DNA of 63,558 bases, the filler included, from Octopus bimaculoides (lineage: Eukaryota), in NCBI RefSeq assembly GCF_001194135.2. It is 7 parts of 7 records of this genome, joined end to end, with 100 filler letters (N's around TTAATTAATTAA, not from the genome) between each part and the next. Parts side by side here need not be neighbours in the genome. Positions count along the whole stretch, not along the records: positions 1 to 8,083 come from NW_026421654.1; positions 8,184 to 30,694 come from NC_068982.1; 5 more parts are not named here. One strand, written 5' to 3'. The first letter of the stretch is position 1. Each line of letters opens with the position of its first letter. Below are positions 1 through 10,852 of this stretch, one piece after another. The translations under genes and the position numbers were made by a program. The notes beneath the pieces were generated by a model. The model did not search any database. It saw only the letters and a list, made by a program, of their open reading frames with translations, and was not told where the DNA came from.

Positions 1-244
1 ATATTATATGCATATGGCCAGATACATGCATATGATCTACAGACTACATGCATACGTACACTCACATAGATACACATACACACACACACACACACACAAA
101 GACACGTACACATTCTCACACACACACACATTAGCGATGTTAGTATATGTGTGTGTGTGCGCGCGTGGCGAATGCGCGCACAACACAGCTATCATTTACA
201 GTATGAATCTGATACACTCACATCAATACACACACGTACGCACG

Positions 245-281
<37 letters not shown>

Positions 282-370
282 GCACATACACACATGTACA
301 TCATCATCGTCATCATCGTCATCAACGTCGTCGTCATCATCATCATCATCATCATCATCACCTACATCAT
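1..370. repeat. Compound microsatellite (CA)n / (CAT)n
   Basis: Visible CA runs and CAT/CGT triplet run at 299-361. Confidence 0.95.
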
Positions 371-427
371 CTAGCAAAACAATTTCCCCCCTTTGTAGTA
401 TGAAACTGTCCGATGCAGTTTGTTTGC

Positions 428-470
428 AGCGGCGGCGGCGGCACCTCGGCGGCGGCGGCGGCGGCGCCGC
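428..470. repeat. (GGC)n tract in a CpG-rich block
   Basis: gcggcggcggcggcacctcggcggcggcggcggcggcgccgc. Confidence 0.9.
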
Positions 471-616
471 CTAGCGATTGTAATGGCGGCGGTGTCAGCG
501 TCAGCGTGAAGGATCGATTTTCGCGCTAAAAATGACTGACGAAACTTTCATTACAATGGCTGCCCGTCAGTGAAGTTGTACAAATGTAACAGTCCAAACG
601 ATTGTCAGCTGGAAAC

Positions 617-622
<6 letters not shown>

Positions 623-688
<66 letters not shown>

Positions 689-963
689 AGTCCGCGTAAG
701 TCTACATGTGTGTACATATATACCATTATATATTTATATGTGTGTGTATGTGTGTGTGTGTGCGTGTGTAAGTAAGTATGTATGTATGTATACATATATA
801 ACTATATACATGCATATGTATGTGCATGCATATATACATGTATATATATGAATACATGCTTGAGTATATATCTCCGTGTACACATATGTATATATATACA
901 CACATATATATACATACATGTACATATAGCTGTATGTTTGTATGCATATATGTTTATATATAT

Positions 964-1002
<39 letters not shown>

Positions 1003-1020
1003 TATATATATATATATATA
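623..1020. repeat. (TG)n then degenerate (TA)/(TATG) microsatellite running into a gap
   Basis: Direct inspection. Confidence 0.95.
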
Positions 1021-2224
1021 NNNNNNNNNNNNNNNNNNNNNNNNNNNNNNNNNNNNNNNNNNNNNNNNNNNNNNNNNNNNNNNNNNNNNNNNNNNNNNNN
1101 NNNNNNNNNNNNNNNNNNNNNNNNNNNNNNNNNNNNNNNNNNNNNNNNNNNNNNNNNNNNNNNNNNNNNNNNNNNNNNNNNNNNNNNNNNNNNNNNNNNN
1201 NNNNNNNNNNNNNNNNNNNNNNNNNNNNNNNNNNNNNNNNNNNNNNNNNNNNNNNNNNNNNNNNNNNNNNNNNNNNNNNNNNNNNNNNNNNNNNNNNNNN
1301 NNNNNNNNNNNNNNNNNNNNNNNNNNNNNNNNNNNNNNNNNNNNNNNNNNNNNNNNNNNNNNNNNNNNNNNNNNNNNNNNNNNNNNATATATATATATAT
1401 ATATATATATATACGCACTCACGCATACCTCAGTGCCTGTATACACGCGTGTGTATGTTTGTAAGTTAGTATATATTTTCAGATACACACTCGTCTGAGT
1501 ATATCGTGTTCGGACTCTCTATATGCGCGCACATGTAAAATAAAGAATGTACATATTGTTTCATATTAGTTTTATATGTGTATGTGCAGGAGCTTGCGTA
1601 GAACTGTTTGTATATGTGTGTGTGTAGAAAGCCATGTATGCCAATGGCCGCCGTGATGTGTTTCCTTTCGAGCTGTTGGAGTATATATATTTATATATAT
1701 ATATGCATACATACGTACATACATACATATATATATACATAGACGGGGTGACAGAGATATAGAGAAACAGTTAGATAGATACCTTGTGACCTCCATTGCG
1801 AATGGGTTGTATCAAAGTTTGATTTTGTTACTCCTGTCAGAGCAGCAGGGTGTGTATAACCTGAAATATACAAATGCGTATATAAAACGTGTATTCTGAT
1901 GAAGAGTTTTTTAAGAAACGTCATATGAATTGTTTCTTTTTTTTTTTTTTTTTTTTNNNNNNNNNNNNNNNNNNNNNNNNNNNNNNNNNNNNNNNNNNNN
2001 NNNNNNNNNNNNNNNNNNNNNNNNNNNNNNNNNATCCGAGGTACGGTGCGTGTATACTGAAGACAGAAATCTAACTTACCCTGGGGTACCGCTGATGTCT
2101 GAGACGTCCATGGCCCCTTGGCGAATGAAGAATCTGCAAAGACATAAATATGAAATTTCAATATTTAAGGATTATTATTATTATTATCATTATTATTATC
2201 ATTGTTGTTGTTGTTGTTGTTGTT

Positions 2225-2442
2225 AAGGCAGTGAGATGGTAGAATCGTTAGCATGCCGGACAAAAGGCTTAGCGGTATTTCGTCCGTCCCTTACGCTCTA
2301 ATTTGAAATTCCGCCGAGGTCGACTTTGCCTTTCATCCTTTCGGGGGTCGATAAATTGAATACCAGTGACACACTGGGGTCGTGGTAATCTACTTACCCA
2401 CTCCCTCAGCTTTCTGGCCTTATGCCTATATTAAAAAAAGGA
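2225..2442 (+). mobile_element. tRNA-derived SINE, Meta/MESC-like central domain
   Basis: Head ggcagtgagatggtagaatcgttag; central gtcgactttgcctttcatcctttcgggggtcgataaat resembles the MetaSINE domain; (TTA)n tail; several sister copies in the window. Confidence 0.85.
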
Positions 2443-2461
2443 TTATTATTATTATTATCAT

Positions 2462-2493
<32 letters not shown>

Positions 2494-2494
2494 T

Positions 2495-2532
<38 letters not shown>

Positions 2533-2810
2533 AGATAGGGAGCTGGGAGAATCGAAAGCACTCCAGGGTTCAAATTCTGCCGAGTACGAATGGATAGACA
2601 GACAAACAGACAGACAGATAGATAGATAATGATTAGTAGACAGACAGTCATATATATCTATATATATATATATATATATATATATAGATAAATATGTATA
2701 TATATAGATAGATAGATAGATGGATAGATGGATAGATGGATAGATGGATAGATAGATAGATAGATAGAAAGGTAGATAGGTAGATAGATAAGACAGACAG
2801 ACAGACAGAG
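2443..2810. repeat. (TTA)/(TAC)n, (TA)n, (GATA)/(GACA)n microsatellites
   Basis: Direct inspection. Confidence 0.95.
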
Positions 2811-3130
2811 GCAGGCGTGGATGCGTGGTAAGAAACTTATTTCCCACCCATATGGTCCCAGATTCAATCCCACTGCTATAACCTCAGTCGTACTGCAGCC
2901 TCGGACCAACCAAAGCCTTGTGAGTGGATTTCATACACGGAAACTGACAGAAGCCCGTCGAATGTGCGTGCGTATCTGTCTGTCTGTATTTTTCCCGACC
3001 AGCACTTGACAACCGGTGTTGGTTTGCTTACATCGCCGTTATCTAGCAGTTCGGCAAAAGGGGTAGATAGAATAAGAGGCATTTAAAACGATAAGACACT
3101 GGAGGTGGATCTGTTCAAGTAAATACTTCA
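2811..3130 (+). mobile_element. Degenerate CORE-like tRNA SINE
   Basis: Matches the in-window family (accaaagccttgtgagtggattt...acggaaactga...gacaaccggtgttgg). Confidence 0.8.
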
Positions 3131-3138
3131 CAACGGAT

Positions 3139-3276
3139 TCCTTTCAGCTTCCTTCAATAAATCTACTCACGGGACTTGAGGATATAAAACAAAACGCTTG
3201 ACCATGGTGCCACACAGTGGGATTGAACCCAGAACCACGTGCTTGGGCAGCAATCTTCTTACCACACAACCACGCC
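3139..3276 (-). mobile_element. 5' half of CORE-like SINE
   Basis: Reverse complement of the family head (ggtgccacacagtgggattgaacccagaaccac). Confidence 0.75.
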
Positions 3277-4166
3277 ATGTTTTGTGTTCAAATTATTCTG
3301 TTAGTATTAACAGTATTAAAAGTCTTGTATTAAAAACCTTTTGTGTGGGGGGGGGACAAAATTAATCCGTGTCACATTCTGTTTTTCAACATGATTAGGA
3401 AGAGGGGATTTAGCTGTTATTTCTAGTAGGTCAGGGCCACTGCGTAGAGGCGCTTTCCTTGTAACCCCACTTCCTTATGCTTTTCCGGTCCCACGTTAAC
3501 CCTGTTCTGGTCACTTGATCTTCGCCCCTACTCGTAACCCTTATTTCCTTCNNNNNNNNNNNNNNNNNNNNNNNNNNNNNNNNNNNNNNNNNNNNNNNNN
3601 NNNNNNNNNNNNNNNNNNNNNNNNNNNNNNNNNNNNNNNNNNNNNNNNNNNNNNNNNNNNNNNNNNNNNNNNNNNNNNNNNNNNNNNNNNNNNNNNNNNN
3701 NNNNNNNNNNNNNNNNNNNNNNNNNNNNNNNNNNNNNNNNNNNNNNNNNNNNNNNNNNNNNNNNNNNNNNNNNNNNNNNNNNNNNNNNNNNNNNNNNNNN
3801 NNNNNNNNNNNNNNNNNNNNNNNNNNNNNNNNNNNNNNNNNNNNNNNNNNNNNNNNNNNNNNNNNNNNNNNNNNNNNNNNNNNNNNNNNNNNNNNNNNNN
3901 NNNNNNNNNNNNNNNNNNNNNNNNNNNNNNNNNNNNNNNNNNNNNNNNNNNNNNNNNNNNNNNNNNNNNNNNNNNNNNNNNNNNNNNNNNNNNNNNNNNN
4001 NNNNNNNNNNNNNNNNNNNNNNNNNNNNNNNNNNNNNNNNNNNNNNNNNNNNNNNNNNNNNNNNNNNNNNNNNNNNNNNNNNNNNNNNNNNNNNNNNNNN
4101 NNNNNNNNNNNNNNNNNNNNNNNNNNNNNNNNNNNNNNNNNNNNNNNNNNNNNNNNNNNNNNNNNN

Positions 4167-4680
4167 CCCCCGATGTCACCCCATTCACACCTTCACTTTC
4201 CTCTCTCGCTCCCCGCCTTATCCTGCACCATTACATCCACCCCAGTTTCCACAGTCCCCATCGCTTTCCCCTCGGTCATTGCCCTTCCCAGTATCGTCCC
4301 TACTTTCGTCCACATTCTCACACTCACCATCGTTGTCGCTACATTGCTCCCATATTCATACCTTCAACTTTCCCCTCACCTTCATTATTCCATCACCACC
4401 CCATCCTGGATAACCACTTCAACTCCAGCTATCCATCACCTCCCAATCACCTTCCTCTAAGTCCTTTCCTTTCCAAAGCCACCCCTGCTTTCGCCAACAC
4501 ATTTCATTCTCATTTTCGTTTTCGCCCCGTCAACGCCCTATTCATAGATTCATTCTAGCCTTCAACTTCAACACGCCATCGCCGTCTCATCGTGAATCGA
4601 TACCTCCACTCCACAGCCATCCGTCTATCCATCTGTCATCTCCCCCTCGCCCTCAGTCTATTTCGTCGTCACCTCTTTCG
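4167..4680. other. Pyrimidine-rich low-complexity block
   Basis: Strong C/T strand skew; no coherent ORF on either strand. Confidence 0.7.
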
Positions 4681-4770
4681 TTCATTAAAATGCTCCTATA
4701 TTAAAGTGAGTTGTCTCAAGAGCAGTAATAACATATGAAACCCTACATGAGAACATGTCAATGTGTACAC

Positions 4771-4826
<56 letters not shown>

Positions 4827-5644
4827 NNNNNNNNNNNNNNNNNNNNNNNNNNNNNNNNNNNNNNNNNNNNNNNNNNNNNNNNNNNNNNNNNNNNNNNNNN
4901 NNNNNNNNNNNNNNNNNNNNNNNNNNNNNNNNNNNNNNNNNNNNNNNNNNNNNNNNNNNNNNNNNNNNNNNNNNNNNNNNNNNNNNNNNNNNNNNNNNNN
5001 NNNNNNNNNNNNNNNNNNNNNNNNNNNNNNNNNNNNNNNNNNNNNNNNNNNNNNNNNNNNNNNNNNNNNNNNNNNNNNNNNNNNNNNNNNNNNNNNNNNN
5101 NNNNNNNNNNNNNNNNNNNNNNNNNNNNNNNNNNNNNNNNNNNNNNNNNNNNNNNNNNNNNNNNNNNNNNNNNNNNNNNNNNNNNNNNNNNNNNNNNNNN
5201 NNNNNNNNNNNNNNNNNNNNNNNNNNNNNNNNNNNNNNNNNNNNNNNNNNNNNNNNNNNNNNNNNNNNNNNNNNNNNNNNNNNNNNNNNNNNNNNNNNNN
5301 NNNNNNNNNNNNNNNNNNNNNNNNNNNNNNNNNNNNNNNNNNNNNNNNNNNNNNNNNNNNNNNNNNNNNNNNNNNNNNNNNNNNNNNNNNNNNNNNNNNN
5401 NNNNNNNNNNNNNNNNNNNNNNNNNNNNNATAAATATATATATGTATATATATATATCGTTGCTATTATGTAAAAGTGTCGTAAGTCAAAAACGTTGCTT
5501 TTTCAGAAAACGAAAGAATAGTTTCCCCATTTCATAGCAAAAACCGTTTTACTACACTTTGACAATTTTGGATGTCTTGGCATCTGAAGCAGCTGGAGAT
5601 ACAATAGTTTGACCAAAACAACCGACTACTGCAAGCAAAAATGC

Positions 5645-5955
5645 AGTTTTCGTCCATCAAATATACTCCCAAAGGCTTTGGTTGATCTGGGCCTATAGGA
5701 GAAGCCACTTAGCCAAGGACACGCACGGTAGAACTGAATCCAGAACCATGTGCTTGGAATGCAAGCTTCTTACCATACAGCACCAAACATACAACAGGCT
5801 TCTTTCAATTTCCATCTGCTACAACCTCTCACAAGGCTTTGGTCATCCTAGTGCTAGAATAGAAGACATTTGCCCAAGGTGCCGCACAGTAGGACTGAAC
5901 CCGGAACCTTGTGATTTGGATGCAAGATTCTTAACCACACAGCCAGGCATCGCCT
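5645..5955 (-). mobile_element. Two tandem 5' halves of CORE-like SINE
   Basis: Two head-to-tail copies ending at caagcttcttaccatacagc and caagattcttaaccacacagcc. Confidence 0.8.
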
Positions 5956-6299
5956 ATTTCTATAACGACAATAAACTTTACTGTTGTCTGCCAGATTCTC
6001 TTTTACTACATTACAGGAACCACACAGCACCGCTCCACACAGCACAGCACTACACAACGCCTTACTACATCTCGCCACGCCAAACCAAACCAAGACAAAA
6101 CCCCACCACGCACCGGATTTGTAAATATCACCATGAAAAGGCTGTTTGTTACTATATCGGAAAACGTCACGGATAGCTGTGAAGAACGTCACATTTAAAA
6201 CACACACATACACACACACACACACAAGACATATAAAAAGAAACAAAAGAAAGAAAAAAGAGGAAAAAATTCGTGAAAACGGATGAAGGAGAGATGATA

Positions 6300-6370
6300 A
6301 GGAGAGGAAGGGTGATACGGAAGCAACAATTGAAATGGCGGAGGAAGAACTTCCGGTCGTCGTAAGATCA
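6300..6370. promoter_or_regulatory. Candidate promoter: YY1-like AAATGGCG plus ETS ACTTCCGG, followed by GTAAGA
   Basis: aaatggcggaggaagaacttccggtcgtcgtaaga in CpG-retaining sequence; motif evidence only. Confidence 0.3.
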
Positions 6371-6473
6371 AAGTTAGTTCTACACGAGAAGCCGACAAAC
6401 AATACGAGAGTTTAAAAGACTGGAGTAAACGACAGCAAACAACAAGAACAACAACAGTAACGAGGGGGGGGTT

Positions 6474-6542
6474 AGAAGAAGAAGAAGAAGAAGAAGAAGA
6501 AGAAGAAGAAGAAGAAGAAGAAGAAGAAGAAGAAGAAGAAGA
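6474..6542. repeat. (GAA)n microsatellite
   Basis: Direct inspection. Confidence 0.97.
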
Positions 6543-6861
6543 CTATTCTTTTGTACTCTAAGCACAAGGCCCGAGATTTTGGAGGAGGGGGCCAGTCGAT
6601 TAGATCGACCTAAGTACGCAACTGGTAATTAATTTAACGACCCTGAAAGGGTGAAAGGCAAAGTCAACCTCGGTGGAATTTGAACTCAGAACGTAACGGC
6701 AGACGAAATACCGCTAAGCATTTCGCCCGGCGCACTAACGTTTCCTATTTCTTTATTATCCACAAGGGGCTAAACATAGAGGGGACAAACAAGGACAGAC
6801 AAAGGGATTAAGTCGATTAGATCGACCCCAGTGTGTAGCTAACGATTCTGCCAGCTCGCCG
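6543..6861 (-). mobile_element. Meta-like SINE with a nested 3' fragment of a related SINE (6745-6838)
   Basis: Head split as ...ggcagaatcgttag|insert|gaaacgttagtgcgccgg with a 10-bp duplication (1 mismatch). Confidence 0.85.
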
Positions 6862-6871
6862 ACTAACAACA

Positions 6872-7066
6872 ACAATCCTTTCTACTTTGGCCACAAGTCC
6901 TAGTCAATTATATCGACCCAGTACTCCACTGGTACTTATTTCATTGACCTCGAAAGGTTCAAAGGCAATGTCGATCTTGGCGGAATTTGAACTCAAAACG
7001 TAAAGACGGGCAAAATGCCGCTAAACATTTTGTCCGGCGCGGTAACGATACAGCCACCTCACCGCC

Positions 7067-7068
<2 letters not shown>
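6872..7068 (-). mobile_element. Meta-like SINE
   Basis: Reverse complement of aaggcggtgag...ttcaaattccgccaagatcgacattgcctttgaacctttcgagg. Confidence 0.85.
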
Positions 7069-7151
<83 letters not shown>

Positions 7152-7171
7152 TGATGATGATGATGATGATG
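7069..7171. repeat. (AAT)n(GAT)n microsatellite
   Basis: Direct inspection. Confidence 0.97.
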
Positions 7172-7376
7172 AATATTTGCTTTGTTCAATAATTGATCGA
7201 TATACAAATGTACGATTGAATAATGAGATCAATACCGGAAGGAAAGAGAAGCCACCATATTGAAAGATGAATCGGAAATTCTTGGAGGACGAGACAAACA
7301 AACAATAAGAGTTTAAACGGATGACAAACAAGTCGTAAAGACCACAACGACAATAACAACAACAAAATGAACAATG

Positions 7377-7428
<52 letters not shown>

Positions 7429-8127
7429 TGATGATAATGAATGGGAACAGATACGATTGAATGAATAAGTGTATAAATGAATACGAATAGGAAAGAACTT
7501 TTCAAAACCATTATTGGCATAAAAGAACCGCAAGAACACATGAACACCCCGAATTGAAAACGGGAGAGAAAACAGGAAGAAGATAGCAAAATATTTCATT
7601 GAAATTTCAACGTGAGAAAATGTCGTCTGCTTGACATTTGCGCTGAGCGTAAAAGCTATTGTCGTTGAATTTTGATTGGTAATTGTTTCATGGTGATATT
7701 TGTTGTAAAATTTGGCTGAATGTTGCTTGAATATTGTTGTTACTTTTAGTATTATTCATTTTATTTTTTTAAACTGTGGTGGGGTTTCGTGTTATTTTTT
7801 CATTTATTATTATTAGTATGTTGGGTTTTTTTTTTTTTGAGATTTGTTTATCTAATTATGTATTCACTCTTCTTTGCAGTATGCCGTAGACGAAAGATTC
7901 TTTCTGCCAGTCTCTCTCTCTCTGGTGTTTCTATTGTAAATTATGGTCAACTATTTTTATTTAAACGGAACCAAAAAAAAAAATAATAAAGAAATTATTT
8001 TTGTTATTTAATTCCAATATCTTATGTTTATGTTTTGTTAGCGACGGGGATAATAGCGGATGTGTGATGGGGCAATAATGGACNNNNNNNNNNNNNNNNN
8101 NNNNNNNNNNNNNNNNNNNNNNNNNNN

Positions 8128-8139
8128 TTAATTAATTAA
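8128..8139. other. Assembly spacer TTAATTAATTAA inside N gaps (also 30739, 38554, 52348, 58588, 62220)
   Basis: Identical 12-mer with stops in all six frames, centred in similar-sized N runs six times; scaffolding artefact. Confidence 0.95.
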
Positions 8140-8504
8140 NNNNNNNNNNNNNNNNNNNNNNNNNNNNNNNNNNNNNNNNNNNNATATATATATATATACA
8201 TACATACAAGTGTGTGTGTGTGCATTACAGTTGACTGTAAGCTTCTGAAAGATAACAATGGAGTAGGTAACTGGATATAATTTGAATCTGGCCCAGATAT
8301 TGTAATTCAATGAGTGTAAGAAAACAATATCCTGCAAAGTGAGGCAAGATTTTGAACTCCTTCATTTTGGAATAAAATGTGTACTTTAGCAGCTGTACTC
8401 TTTTCCTTCCAAAGAACTTTTCGTAATATCTGGGAATGTCATAGATTTAAGAATGACTTTGACAGCAACCTCAGCTTGAGAGCCTACATCAACAGTACAG
8501 AGCA

Positions 8505-8863
8505 GTAGGCACTGTGTGGTAAGAAGATTGCTTCCCAACCACAAGGTTCTGGGTTCAGTCCCACTGTGTAGCCACTTGGGCCAACCAAAGCCTTGTGGAT
8601 GATTTTGGTAGATGGAAATTGAAAGAAGCTTGTCTTATATATGTGTATGTGTGTGTGTATCTATATTTGTTATCACCACCACTTGACAACCGGTGTTGGT
8701 GTGTTTATGTCCCCATAACTTAGCAGTTCAGCAAAAGAAACCAATATAAGTATAAGTACCAGGCTTGAAGAAAAATGTCCTGAGGTTGATTCATTCAACT
8801 AAAAGACTCTTCAAGATGGTGCCCCCGTATGGCCATAGTGAAATGGCTGAGACAAGTAAAAGG
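8505..8863 (+). mobile_element. CORE-like SINE, CpG-decayed
   Basis: Head, internal microsatellite and tail ggtgccc...atggccatag...gaaacaagtaaaag pattern. Confidence 0.85.
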
Positions 8864-9265
8864 TAAACACACAGGTGACATATATCTCAGTATGATCTCA
8901 GAACTATCTCAGACAGAGATTAAGGTATTGTCAATGTCATATTCTCTATTTCTGTAATGGTTCCATCCCATTAAGATGTGAGGATGTGTTGTGGGGGAAG
9001 GAAGAAAATGTCATGGATTGATATTAGGTAGGGGTTGGTTGTATTTTAGTGAGTAAATGTAAAGAATATATTTGTGTCGTTTTGGCTCCTATTTCTGCCA
9101 ATGCTGGTACATTATGTTGTGTGGCTATTCAAGTTGTTTTGACTCCTATTTCTAGCAATGCTGGTACTTTTTGTACCCTTGTTTACTAATTTGCCTTTAG
9201 GTTTTGCTAATGAGCCACCTATATTATAATATATTTCATATATTATTTTATTTTATGAATATATT

Positions 9266-9672
9266 AGGCGTAGGAGTGGCTGTGTGGTAAGTAGCTTGCT
9301 TACCAACCACATGGTTCCGGGTTCAGTCCCACTGCGTGGCACCTTGGGCAGATCTCTTCTACTATAGCTTCAGGCCAACCAAAGCCTTGTGAGTGGATTT
9401 GGCAGACGGAAACTGGAAGATGCCTATTGTATATGTTTATATATGTGTATATGTATGTATGCATATATATTTGTGTGTCTGTGTTTGTTCCCCCAACATC
9501 ACTTGACAACTGATGCTCGTGTATTTACATCGCCGTAACTTAGCAGTTCGGCAAAAGACACCGATAGAATAAGTACTAGGCTTACAAAAAATAAGTCCTG
9601 AGGTCGATTTGCTCGACTAAAGGCGGTGCTCCAGCATGGCCACAGTCAAATGACTGAAACATGTAAAAGAGT
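9266..9672 (+). mobile_element. Full-length CORE-like tRNA SINE
   Basis: A box tggctgtgtgg, B box ggttcagtccc, CORE-like ggcaccttgggca, complete 3' half. Confidence 0.92.
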
Positions 9673-9688
9673 ATATGTTTATATATGT

Positions 9689-10007
9689 GAAGGCACATAG
9701 CTTAGTTATGGTATTCAGCTCATGATCACGAAGTCATGAGTTCAATTCCTGTTGGTGAATTGTGTCCATGAGTAAGACACTTTATTTTACATTACAGCAG
9801 TCCACTCAGCTGGCAGAAACGAGTTGTAACTGTTATTCAATGGGCCAGCCTGGTCACTTTGTGTAACACGCTGAATCTACCTGAAAACTAGGTTAAGCAG
9901 TCATGTATCTGTGGAGTGCTCAGCCACTTGTATGAAAATTTCACAAAACAAGCAGGCTGTTGTATTGATCAAATGGAATACTTGTCATCATAGATGACAG
10001 AGTGCCA
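9689..10007 (+). mobile_element. tRNA-derived SINE, third family (V-domain-like)
   Basis: Head catagcttagttatgg...gagttcaattcc; ttgtgtccatgagtaagacacttta; tail shared with 26128-26300 (-). Confidence 0.7.
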
Positions 10008-10037
10008 GAATATATACATACATATATACATACATTT

Positions 10038-10080
<43 letters not shown>

Positions 10081-10797
10081 AATATCATCATCATTGTTTA
10101 ATGTCATATACGTATACATATGTATATATACTCACAAATGTGTGTATTATATGTATAGAGAGAAAAATGAGAGACAGAAAAGGAGACAGATAGATACACT
10201 CATTCAGGCTCACATGTACACACACATACAAACTACATAGATCAGGAATCAAAGCAAAGTTTACGTAACTGTGCTTGTGAAAATACACATCAATAAGTCA
10301 ATTAGATTAGTTATTTTGTGGAAACATTATGGAAAATATACATAGATATTTTTATGCTTTTGTGGTAATGGAATAATTTACATTGTAGAGTTAAATGTGT
10401 GTAAGCAGATAAATGGCTGTTAGTAAACAGAAATGTCAAATAAATGTACGTGTATTTAAAATGGTAGAAATTATTCTATCAAGGCGAGACCAAAGCTGAC
10501 ATCTAGCTGGGAGAGAGATAATGCATTGAGATACAGAAATAACGGTTTATGTATGATTGATGCCAGATTGAAAACCAGACAAAGGCAGAGAGACAGACTT
10601 GTCTGGTAACAAGTAAATGTGCCAAGTGAACAAAAATAGTTTTTGTTAATATATTCAAAAACAATAGTTCAACTGAATGCTGGTTTCTGATTGGCTAAAA
10701 TAACACACATGACTCTGGGGAAACTAAGATATTGTTTTCTGTGTCTGTGTAGTCCTAAGAAATTCAAGTCTTGAGTTGTGAAAGTGAAAAATTGTCG

Positions 10798-10852
10798 GTG
10801 CAGATGTGGCTGTGTGGTAAGATGTTTGCTTCCCAACGAAATGGTTCTGGGC
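10798..10852 (+). mobile_element. Solo SINE head
   Basis: gatgtggctgtgtggtaagatgtttgcttcccaacgaaatggttctggg. Confidence 0.65.

Noticed and set aside
526-600. CTGACGA followed by a stem as a possible hammerhead
   Set aside because: There is no GAAA box after the stem.
8-1498. His/Thr/Tyr/Ile/Val/Cys-rich ORFs here and throughout the window
   Set aside because: They are translations of CA/TA/TG/CAT microsatellites, not coding sequence.
4167-4680. His/Pro/Ser-rich ORFs
   Set aside because: They arise from low-complexity C/T skew, and the purine-strand frames contain stops.
3515-5537. Long ORFs of 200-440 aa (also 33.9-34.9, 50.9-51.8, 57.0-57.9, 59.0-62.2 kb)
   Set aside because: Their length comes from reading through N gaps.
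8128-8139. Recurrent palindrome TTAATTAATTAA
   Set aside because: It always lies inside N runs and is a synthetic scaffold spacer.
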